NCBI GenBank assembly: GCA_046292385.1
Contig: JBKBRF010000003.1
Coordinates: 74,845 to 138,844 of the forward strand
Source: Armatimonadota bacterium
GTDB taxonomy: Bacteria; Armatimonadota; SYMT01
DNA: 64,000 nucleotides
Direction of reading: 5' to 3'
A program made the position numbers and the translations under genes. The number at the start of each line of letters is the position of its first letter. The first letter of the stretch is position 1. The notes beneath the pieces were generated by a model. The model searched no databases and was not told where the DNA came from. It saw nothing but the letters and a program-made list of their open reading frames with translations. Positions 1 to 7,491 of this stretch are shown here, piece by piece.

Positions 1-78
1 CGCGGCCGCACGGACGGAGTCCGGCTTCAGTGGAAGGGAGTGGCGCGGGAGCGTTAAACTTTACCCCCTTGACACGGG

Positions 79-87
79 TGCTATACT
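79..87 (+). promoter_or_regulatory. Possible extended -10 promoter (TGcTATACT) for the 67-aa ORF
   Basis: TGnTATACT lies about 80 nt upstream of the ATG at 168. The TTGACA at 69-74 is only 7 nt away, so it is not a canonical -35. Confidence 0.35.
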
Positions 88-167
88 CTTTTGGCTCTGA
101 GAAGCCGGGCATTCAGCCGTCCCGCATCGGCTGACATTCTGACGATTTCAAGTTACAGGAAGTACCG

Positions 168-371
168 ATGACGCAGCGGCAGAGACTGGCTTTCATTATT
201 CTTCAGCTCAATCACGGCTACACCTCGTGGCGCGAGGCGCTCCGCCTGGCCCGCGCCCACGCTCGGGGCTGTGAGCGCGCCGAGTCCCGCGAGGCGGCGG
301 AGGCGGTGCGCGCCTCCCTCCGCGCCGCGGACGCGGCCCTCGAGACGATGCAGGTCGCCGCGGCGGCCTAA
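168..371 (+). CDS. Small hypothetical alpha-helical protein (67 aa)
   Basis: ATG start with AGGA upstream, GC3-rich codons, followed by a terminator-like hairpin. Confidence 0.5.
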   Translation: MTQRQRLAFIILQLNHGYTSWREALRLARAHARGCERAESREAAEAVRASLRAADAALETMQVAAAA

Positions 372-394
372 CCCGGCTCGAATCCGAAAACAGC

Positions 395-423
395 AAAGGC
401 CGGCTCCTCCGGGGCCGGCCTTT
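395..423 (+). terminator. Intrinsic terminator
   Basis: Stem AAAGGCCGGCTCC / GGGGCCGGCCTTT followed by TCT, just after the stop at 371. Confidence 0.6.
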
Positions 424-625
424 CTGCGTCTGGAGTACTGCCCCAAAGAGCCGACTTTCCGTTGGTCTCCGAGCCTCCCTGTGAGCGCTCCAACCGAGGG
501 AGCGGGTGCGATGCAGATTTCGGGCAGCCCCAAACCGCGAGGACGGCGAGGGAGGAGCATCTCCCGATCTGGTGCACCCGACCGCCTGATGACGAGGGTC
601 CGACGTCCACGCGGGCCGAAGGCCT

Positions 626-764
626 TGGAGTGCGGGAGCTTGCTCCCGCTTTCGCCGCCGGCTGCGAGACCGAGCCGCCGATACCTGTGACAGCTTGCTG
701 TCGCCCGAGAGCATACTACCGGAACGGCCGGCTCCCCAAAGCGGCAGTGAGCTGCCGCACTCCA
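626..764. repeat. Inverted pair of REP-like palindromes
   Basis: TGGAGTGCGGGAGCTTGCTCCCGCTTT (626-652) and AAAGCGGCAGTGAGCTGCCGCACTCCA (738-764) are near reverse complements, and each is internally palindromic. Confidence 0.65.
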
Positions 765-1023
765 TACACTGGCCCGCGAGCTGGTCCCGCCTCACCCTGC
801 GACATAATCCCGGTCCGCAGTCTCCGCCAAGGCATAGCCGGAGGGCTCCACTTGTGAGGCCCCCAGGCGCGGGGGTGAACCCGGGGAGTGATCACGGTCC
901 CGAAGCGAGTGTCTCTCACCCGATCCCATCTCCTTTTCCGGCTCTGCGCCGGCATACGCCCTCATGCTCGGTCGCGGAGTTACCAGCAGCAGCTACTCTG
1001 CTGCTCCTCTCCTTTCAAGCGAG

Positions 1024-1049
1024 GGTTTCTTATCCGGGCGCTTGGGTAA
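1024..1049 (+). promoter_or_regulatory. SigB/SigF-type promoter candidate
   Basis: GGTTT-N15-GGGTAA, 37 nt upstream of the GNAT ATG at 1086. Confidence 0.5.
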
Positions 1050-1085
1050 GACGGGCCGGACACGGGAGGCGAAGGATCACGAGTT

Positions 1086-2270
1086 ATGGCGATCTCCGAG
1101 CAGTCACCTCCACGGCCGGCGGAAGCCCGGTTGAAGATCGAGCGAGTGGAAAGCGCGGACGGGCTCCGCGCGCTCTTTCCGGAATGGCAGGAACTACTGC
1201 GGCGCTGCCCGGACCGCTCCCTCTGCCAGACGCCGGTCTGGCTCGGAACGTGGTGGCAGGTCTTCGGCGGCGGTCGAGAGCTCTGCGTGCTGACCGCGCG
1301 CGACCCGCAGGGGGAGCTCCGCGGCATTGCCCCGCTCCTGTTACGCACCGTCCGGCACCGTGGTCTGGTGCCGCTGCGGCGCCTGGAGCTCCTGGGGACC
1401 GGGGAGCCGGAGGCGGACGAAGTTGCTTCCAACTACGTCGACTTCCTCACCGACTCGGAGTGGGAGCCGTGGGTTACCGCCGCCTTCGCGCAGGCCCTGG
1501 CGGGAGAGCTGGCGGACGCCTGGGATGAGCTCTACCTGACCGCTTTGCCTGCGGAAAGCCTGCGCGCGCGGGAGCTGCCGGCGCTGCTGGGGAAGCGCGG
1601 CTGCCGCGCGGAGGCGCTTGCCCGGACCCCCGGCGTTTACGTCTCCCTGGAAGACGGCTGGGAAGCCGCGCAGGCGCGGATGCACGCCGGCCACCGGAAG
1701 TCGCTCCGCCGCCGGCGGCGCCGGCTGGAAGAGGCGGGGGAGGTCCGCTTCGACTGGGCCACGGGCCCCCAGGAGCTTCGCGAACGCTGGCCGATCCTGC
1801 GCAGCCTGCACGAGCGCGGCTGGGCGGCCCGGGGCGGGACCGGCTGCTTCCACAGCGCTCCGTTCCGGGAGTTTCACCGCCAGGTGACCGAGTACCTGCT
1901 CCCGCGCGGCGGGGTGCGGCTCGCGGTCCTCTCTCTCAACGGAGAGCCGCTGGCGGCGGACTTCTACTACCTCTACCACGGCCGCGTCTACGCCTACCAG
2001 GCCGGCCTGGACCCGGAACGCGGCCGGCAGCTCAGCGCCGGGACGATCGGCATCGCCTGCGGCATGGAAGCGGCCGCGGCGGAAGGTCTGGAAGAATACG
2101 ACTTCCTCCGCGGCGTCAGCGAGTACAAGACGGTCTGGTCGGACGCCCGCCGCGAGCAGCTCACCCTCCGCATCGCCCGCCCCGGCCTCCGCGAGACCCT
2201 CCGTGGTACGATCGAGGCCGGCGTGAGCGCAGTCCGCCCGCTGCGCTCGCGACTGAGGCGACCGGTGTAA
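1086..2270 (+). CDS. GNAT family acetyltransferase (CelD/BcsL-like, Acetyltransf_6)
   Basis: Motifs QTPVWLGTWW, GIAPL, YAYQAGLDP and EYDFLRGVSEYK. Confidence 0.85.
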   Translation: MAISEQSPPRPAEARLKIERVESADGLRALFPEWQELLRRCPDRSLCQTPVWLGTWWQVFGGGRELCVLTARDPQGELRGIAPLLLRTVRHRGLVPLRRLELLGTGEPEADEVASNYVDFLTDSEWEPWVTAAFAQALAGELADAWDELYLTALPAESLRARELPALLGKRGCRAEALARTPGVYVSLEDGWEAAQARMHAGHRKSLRRRRRRLEEAGEVRFDWATGPQELRERWPILRSLHERGWAARGGTGCFHSAPFREFHRQVTEYLLPRGGVRLAVLSLNGEPLAADFYYLYHGRVYAYQAGLDPERGRQLSAGTIGIACGMEAAAAEGLEEYDFLRGVSEYKTVWSDARREQLTLRIARPGLRETLRGTIEAGVSAVRPLRSRLRRPV

Positions 2271-2295
2271 GAAAAGGAGATAGGGGGCTTCTGTG

Positions 2296-2323
2296 GGATG
2301 AAGGATGAGGGATGAGGGATGAA
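2296..2323. repeat. Heptamer tandem repeat (GGATGAR)x4
   Basis: ggatgaa ggatgag ggatgag ggatgaa. Confidence 0.7.
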
Positions 2324-2512
2324 GCCGAACCCTCGGTGCACGGCAGATCCTGCTCCTGCTCTGGCTCGCTGGCGACCCTGGGGGTCCGGCACGTCCCCGT
2401 GAGCTCGCTCCAGGCGCAGTCAAAGCGATGAAGGCGGAACGATGAGGGCGGAGCCTCCCGGCTCGGGCACTCCTACCGCTCTGAGAATAGCCGCCGAGGA
2501 GTAGCGGCATCA

Positions 2513-2549
2513 CACCCTCGGTCCCTACTCAGGAGAGGGACCGAGGGTG
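2513..2549. repeat. REP-like hairpin between convergent genes
   Basis: 14-bp perfect stem CACCCTCGGTCCCT / AGGGACCGAGGGTG. Confidence 0.55.
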
Positions 2550-2672
2550 AGGCCGCGTGAGCAGGAGCCGCCGCCGCACTTGCACCTGCCGGGTAGTGGA
2601 AAGCTTCAGCCTCCGTTGACTCGTCGCAGCCAACGGGAGGCTGAATCTTTCTTACAAGCTGCGGAGCCCGGG

Positions 2673-3596
2673 CTAGAATCCGCCTACCTTTCCGCCGGTC
2701 ACCATGATCACCTCGCCGGAGATGTAGGAGCTGTCCCGCGCCGCCAGGAAGACGTAGGCGGGTGCCAGCTCCGCCGGCTGGCCGGCGCGCTTCATCGGGG
2801 TGTTGGCGCCGAAACTCTCCACGTGGTCTTTGGAGAACGAGCCGGGGATCAGCGGCGTCCAGATCGGACCGGGCGCCACGGCGTTGACGCGGATTCCTTT
2901 CTCGATCAGCTCTTCACTCAGCGAGCGGGTGAAGTTGGCGATGGCCGCTTTCGTGGCGGCGTAGTCCTTCAGGCCCGGCGACGGCTGGTAGGCCTGGATC
3001 GAGGAGGTGTTGATGATGGCGGAGCCGGGCTGCAGGTGCGGCACCGCCGCCTTCGACATGTAGAAGAAGCCGAAGAGGTTGGTGCGGAAGGTCCGCTCGA
3101 GCTGCTCCGCCGTCAGCTCTTCCAGGCTCTCCACCACGTGCTGCTCCGCGGCGTTGTTCACCAGGATGTCGAGCTTTCCCAGCTCGCGGACACACCGCTC
3201 CACCGCTTCCCGGCAGAAGCGCTCGTCGCCGATGTCCCCCGCCATCGCAAGGCACCGGCGCCCGTAGCGCTCCACGCAGCGGACCGTCTCCTGTGCGTCC
3301 CGGTCCTCGCAGCGGTAGACGATGGCGACGTCTGCTCCTTCCTTCGCGTAGCAGACCGCCACCGCCCGGCCGATGCCGCTGTCGCCGCCGGTGATCAGCG
3401 CGACTTTCCCCTCCAGCTTGCCCGCCGCGCGGTACTCCGGATCGTCGAAGATCGGGCGCGGCTCCATCTCCGCCTCGCTCCCCGGCAGCGACTGCTCCTG
3501 CGGCGGAAAGTGCTGCGGCTGCTGAAGCGCCGGCTGGCGCATCAGCTCCATCTCATGCTCTTCGTCCTGGACTACCTGAGCCTGTTCTTCCGGCAT
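2673..3596 (-). CDS. SDR oxidoreductase, general-stress YdaD/YhxC-like
   Basis: TGGDSGIGRA, NNAAEQH and YAATK motifs; N-terminal PPQEQSLPGSEAEMEPRP extension typical of this subgroup; GAGGAG RBS before the ATG at 3596. Confidence 0.9.
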   Translation of the reverse strand: MPEEQAQVVQDEEHEMELMRQPALQQPQHFPPQEQSLPGSEAEMEPRPIFDDPEYRAAGKLEGKVALITGGDSGIGRAVAVCYAKEGADVAIVYRCEDRDAQETVRCVERYGRRCLAMAGDIGDERFCREAVERCVRELGKLDILVNNAAEQHVVESLEELTAEQLERTFRTNLFGFFYMSKAAVPHLQPGSAIINTSSIQAYQPSPGLKDYAATKAAIANFTRSLSEELIEKGIRVNAVAPGPIWTPLIPGSFSKDHVESFGANTPMKRAGQPAELAPAYVFLAARDSSYISGEVIMVTGGKVGGF

Positions 3597-3686
3597 GGAA
3601 CTCCTCGCTCGCCCGGCCGCGTCGCCGGCCCGCAGCGCCGCCGAATCCGGACGGGCAGGGGCACGGATGCCGGGAACGGCGGAGGA

Positions 3687-3713
3687 ATACCCGTCCCCAG
3701 AAGCGCTCAAACC
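3687..3713 (-). promoter_or_regulatory. SigB/SigF-type promoter
   Basis: On the minus strand GGTTT-N16-GGGTAT, about 90 nt upstream of the SDR start. Confidence 0.6.
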
Positions 3714-3723
3714 GTCGTTGCCA

Positions 3724-3837
3724 GGGATCAGAGGCCAGGGGTCAGGGGTCGGGTTGACAGGTTGGCAAGTTGCAGGTTGTCAGGTTGCCTACACGACAGG
3801 TGGGGTTCCAAACCTGGAACCTGGAACCTGGAACCTG
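3724..3837. repeat. Clustered 7-8-mer tandem repeats
   Basis: GGGGTCA-like x4, CAGGTTG-like x4-5 and AACCTGG x4 in the divergent intergenic region. Confidence 0.65.
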
Positions 3838-3875
3838 ATCCCGGGCAACCTGCAAACCGCGCCGGCAGGGTATGC

Positions 3876-4859
3876 ATGGAACAGAAGGGAGATCCGCTTG
3901 TGAAGGCACAGTTTCCGGCGGAGACCGCGCAGGACGGCTCGTTCGTGCGCCAGGAGTACCAGTTCCGCGATCGCATCACCGCCGACGGCTCCTCCGGCTT
4001 CCCCGCGGAGCCGGGACGCTACCACCTCTACGTCTCGCTCGCCTGCCCGTGGGCCCACCGGGCGATCATCGTCCGCCGCTTGCTGGGACTGGAAGAGGTG
4101 ATCACGATGTCGGTGGTCGACCCGATCCGAAACGGGCACGGCTGGGCGTTCACGGAAGGACCGGGGCACGGTCCCGACCCGGTGAACGGCTTCCAGTTTC
4201 TCTCGGAGGCCTACCACCGGACCGATCCGGACTACCGGGGCCGCTACACGGTGCCGTGCCTCTGGGACCGGGAGACGGGGCGGCTCGTCACCAACAACTT
4301 CCCGGACATCACGATCGACATGGAGACGCAGTTCACCGCGTTCCACCGGCCGGGCGCGCCGGAGCTCTACCCGGAGGCGCTGCGGGAGGAGATCGACGCC
4401 GTGAACGCGCCGATCTACCGGGACGTGAACAACGGCGTCTACCAGGCCGGCTTCGCCACCACCCAGCGGGCCTATGAGCGGGCGGTGGAGGCGCTGTTCG
4501 CGCGGCTCGACTGGCTGGAGGAGCGGCTCTCCGCGCAGCGGTACCTGGTCGACGGCCGGCTCACCGAGGCCGACATCCGGCTCTTCACCACGCTGGTCCG
4601 CTTCGACAGCGTCTACTACGGGCACTTCAAGTGCAACCTGCGCCGGCTGGTCGACTATCCCCACCTCTGGGGCTACACGCGCGATCTCTACCAGCGGCCG
4701 GAGTTTAGGGAGACGGTCGATTTCGACCACATCAAGCGCCACTACTACATGACGCACGAGCAGATCAACCCCACCCGCATCGTGCCGAAAGGACCGCTCA
4801 TCGATTGGGACGAGCCGCACCGTCGTGCAGAGCTCTCCGGAGACAGAGAGACGGAGTGA
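3876..4859 (+). CDS. yqjG: Glutathionyl-hydroquinone reductase (GST omega-like)
   Basis: GRYHLYVSLACPWAHR, VNNGVYQAGFA, LVRFDSVYYGHFKCN and HIKRHYY. The start may instead be the GTG at 3900. Confidence 0.9.
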   Translation: MEQKGDPLVKAQFPAETAQDGSFVRQEYQFRDRITADGSSGFPAEPGRYHLYVSLACPWAHRAIIVRRLLGLEEVITMSVVDPIRNGHGWAFTEGPGHGPDPVNGFQFLSEAYHRTDPDYRGRYTVPCLWDRETGRLVTNNFPDITIDMETQFTAFHRPGAPELYPEALREEIDAVNAPIYRDVNNGVYQAGFATTQRAYERAVEALFARLDWLEERLSAQRYLVDGRLTEADIRLFTTLVRFDSVYYGHFKCNLRRLVDYPHLWGYTRDLYQRPEFRETVDFDHIKRHYYMTHEQINPTRIVPKGPLIDWDEPHRRAELSGDRETE

Positions 4860-4951
4860 CAGAGAGACGGAGTGACAGAGAGACGGAGTGACAGAGGGAC
4901 GGGGAGAGGGAGACGGAGAGAGGGAGACGGAGAGACAGAGGGATGGAGAGA
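4841..4951. repeat. Purine-rich octamer tandem repeat (GACAGAGA/GACGGAGT)
   Basis: About 13 degenerate 8-mer units overlapping the yqjG stop codon. Confidence 0.75.
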
Positions 4952-5065
4952 GCCGGGCACGGAGACCCGGACTCTCCAAACCGCCCCTGCTCGCCAGGAC
5001 ATGTCGGGGTACCGCAGGTCGCCAGCGAGCAGGAGCAGGACCTCCCGCACACGGAAGGTTCGGAC

Positions 5066-5155
5066 TTTAGCCTTTAGCCTTTTGCCTTTAGCCTTTTGCC
5101 TTTAGCCTTTTGCCTTTAGCCTTTTGCCTTTAGCCTTTAAAGGCCTTTTGCCTTT
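5066..5155. repeat. Heptamer tandem repeat (TTTWGCC)x10+
   Basis: Mostly alternating tttagcc/ttttgcc units abutting the aldo/keto reductase stop. Confidence 0.85.
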
Positions 5156-5157
5156 AC

Positions 5158-6189
5158 TTAAACCGGCGCCGGGTTGCGCTCCACGAAGTTGCGCTGGTGC
5201 CAGTAGGGATACGCCGGCCGGGTGTCGCTCGCGGCGTCGAGGCGGGCGACCTGCTCCGGCGTGAGGCTCCAGCCGACCGCCGCCAGGTTCTGGCGAAGCT
5301 GCTCTTCGTTGCGGGCGCCGATGATGACGGTGGAGACGGTCGGCCGCTGCAGCAGCCAGTTGATGGCGATCTGCGGAACGGTCTTCCCGGTTTCCGCGGC
5401 GATCTCGTTGATCGCGTCGACGATGGTGAAGAGTCGCTCCTCCGGCACCGGCGGGGCGGCATTCCGTTGCCGCTCGTTCTGCAGGCGTCCCGTCTCCGGC
5501 ACCGGCTGGCCCCGGCGGATCCTGCCGGTGAGGCGTCCCCAGCCGAGCGGGCTCCAGACCACGGCGCCGACTCCCTGGTCCAGCCCCAGCGGCATCAACT
5601 CCCACTCGTAGTCGCGGCCGACCAGGGAGTAATAGGCCTGGTGCGCCACGTAGCGCGCGAGCCCGTAGCGGTCCGAGACGGCGAGCGACTTCATCAGGTG
5701 CCAGCCGGAGAAGTTGGAGCAGCCGATGTAACGGACCTTGCCGCTCCGCACCAGCTCATCCAGGGTTGAGAGCGTCTCCTCCACCGGCGTCTGCGCGTCG
5801 AAGCCGTGGAGCTGGTAGAGATCGAGGTAGTCGGTCCCCAGGCGGCGCAGGCTGCCTTCCACCGCCTGGAGGAGGTGGTAGCGAGACGAGCCGACGTCGT
5901 TCGGGCCCTCCCCGCTGCGGAAGGTCCCCTTGGTAGAGATCAGCACCTGGTCGCGGCGGCCGCGGATCGCCTTTCCCAGCACCTCTTCCGCCAGGCCGTT
6001 CGAATAGACGTCGGCCGAGTCGAACATCGTCACGCCTGCTTCCAGGCAGAGGTCAACGAGCCGCGTCGCCTCTTCCACTCCGGTCGAGCCCCACGCCTGG
6101 AAGAACTCGTTTCCGCCGCCGAAGGTCCCCGTGCCGAGACAGAGCGCCGGCACCTTCAGTCCGGATTGGCCCAGCCTGCGAAACTCCAT
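5158..6189 (-). CDS. Aldo/keto reductase
   Basis: MEFRRLGQSGLKV, FDSADVYS, SLRRLGTDYLDLYQLH and GKVRYIGCSN. Confidence 0.92.
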   Translation of the reverse strand: MEFRRLGQSGLKVPALCLGTGTFGGGNEFFQAWGSTGVEEATRLVDLCLEAGVTMFDSADVYSNGLAEEVLGKAIRGRRDQVLISTKGTFRSGEGPNDVGSSRYHLLQAVEGSLRRLGTDYLDLYQLHGFDAQTPVEETLSTLDELVRSGKVRYIGCSNFSGWHLMKSLAVSDRYGLARYVAHQAYYSLVGRDYEWELMPLGLDQGVGAVVWSPLGWGRLTGRIRRGQPVPETGRLQNERQRNAAPPVPEERLFTIVDAINEIAAETGKTVPQIAINWLLQRPTVSTVIIGARNEEQLRQNLAAVGWSLTPEQVARLDAASDTRPAYPYWHQRNFVERNPAPV

Positions 6190-6567
6190 TCCCTGCTCCT
6201 CATGCGGTCATCCGCGCGGCCTGCCGCCGCCCGCATCAGCGTATCGTCTTCCCTCCCCGGGCGTGCACTCGTCTTGGGTCGGTTCCAGCCCCGCGTCTAC
6301 ATGAATATTTAATTCTCCTGGTGCCTGATGAGGCACGATTCTTGCACGGTTGTCTAAAGGACAGAGTAGGGCCATCGGGAGTCCACGCGCTCTCATCCCA
6401 CGGATGGAGTCTGCGAAGCGAACAAATCAACCGACCGGTCGGCAGGGCACTGCGCCGCGAGAGAAGAACGGAAAAGCGAAAGTGCAAACCATGGGCGTGC
6501 GGAATCAATAAGGAGTTCGTCCACTGTGATAAACCACTGCAACCTTTGGCGCCTGCATGAGGACGCC

Positions 6568-7221
6568 ATGACGCGGGATAGCCATGGCTTCGTATGGACG
6601 GAAGAGCACACGTTATCGGAGGCAGACGGGCGCATGGACCACGCATCGACGCTCGAGTTCGCCGGCCGGGCAAACCGCCTGCGGCACGCGGCGCTGCACG
6701 TCGGCGTCCGCGCCGGTGCCCTCCGGAAGCAGGCTCGGGAGCTGTGCCGCGAGACCGCTCAGCGCCGGCGCAGCTCGGAGGCGGAACGGGAGCCCGCTCC
6801 CGAGATCACGGCCCCGGACCGTTGGGAGGAGACCGTCTCCCCGGAGTCTCACTCCGATCTGCGTCCGGTAGTGATGTTCTGCTGCTCGGGGCTGACCCGG
6901 CTGCGGCTGCAGCGGTGTCTCACCGGTTTCGGCTACCGGCCGGTGAGCGTCTCGCCGGATCCTGCGCAGCTCCTCCGCCTGGCGCCGACTCTGGCGCCGG
7001 ACGTGCTGCTGATCGACCTTTCCGCCCTCGGCGACCAGGCGCCGGCCCAGCTCCGCAGCCTGCGAGAGGCCTGGCCCGCTGCCGTGGTGCTCGCCATCGT
7101 TAACTCCACGGCGCAGGCGCGCATCGCCCGGGAGGCCGGGGTGAGCGCGGTCTTGGAGAAGCCGTTCACCGACGACCAGCTCCACGCGCTCCTGGGCCAA
7201 TTCATCAACTCCGCACCCTGA
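6568..7221 (+). CDS. Atypical response-regulator receiver protein with N-terminal helical extension
   Basis: C-terminal PDVLLIDL...GVSAVLEKPF; TGAGGA RBS. Start is uncertain. Confidence 0.65.
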   Translation: MTRDSHGFVWTEEHTLSEADGRMDHASTLEFAGRANRLRHAALHVGVRAGALRKQARELCRETAQRRRSSEAEREPAPEITAPDRWEETVSPESHSDLRPVVMFCCSGLTRLRLQRCLTGFGYRPVSVSPDPAQLLRLAPTLAPDVLLIDLSALGDQAPAQLRSLREAWPAAVVLAIVNSTAQARIAREAGVSAVLEKPFTDDQLHALLGQFINSAP

Positions 7222-7491
7222 CCCCCGCAGAGGAGCCGCCTGCTGAGACGCACCTGGCGACCGGGCCGATGCTCGCTCGTCGGGCGCGGAAACATCCCCT
7301 GTGCCGCCGCGTGTGAGCCGTGGCAGGGGCGGGAAGGCTGATGGTACTCCGCGCTGCCCCGCCGCCCACCCCGGACGGCGCTGCGTCGGAAGTGCGCGTC
7401 TCACCAGGCGCCGGGACTGCCAAGCGGCCTTCTGCGGAGGGGCAGAGGTCCGTCCCCCAGCCGCCGGCTTTGTTCACCAGGAGCGGAGCCC

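Noticed and set aside
69..87. Canonical TTGACA/TATACT promoter pair
   Set aside because: The spacer is only 7 nt; only the extended -10 was retained.
2547..3875. Apparent 770-aa ORF extending yqjG upstream
   Set aside because: The N-terminal part is antisense to the SDR gene and crosses simple repeats; the real gene starts at about 3876-3900.
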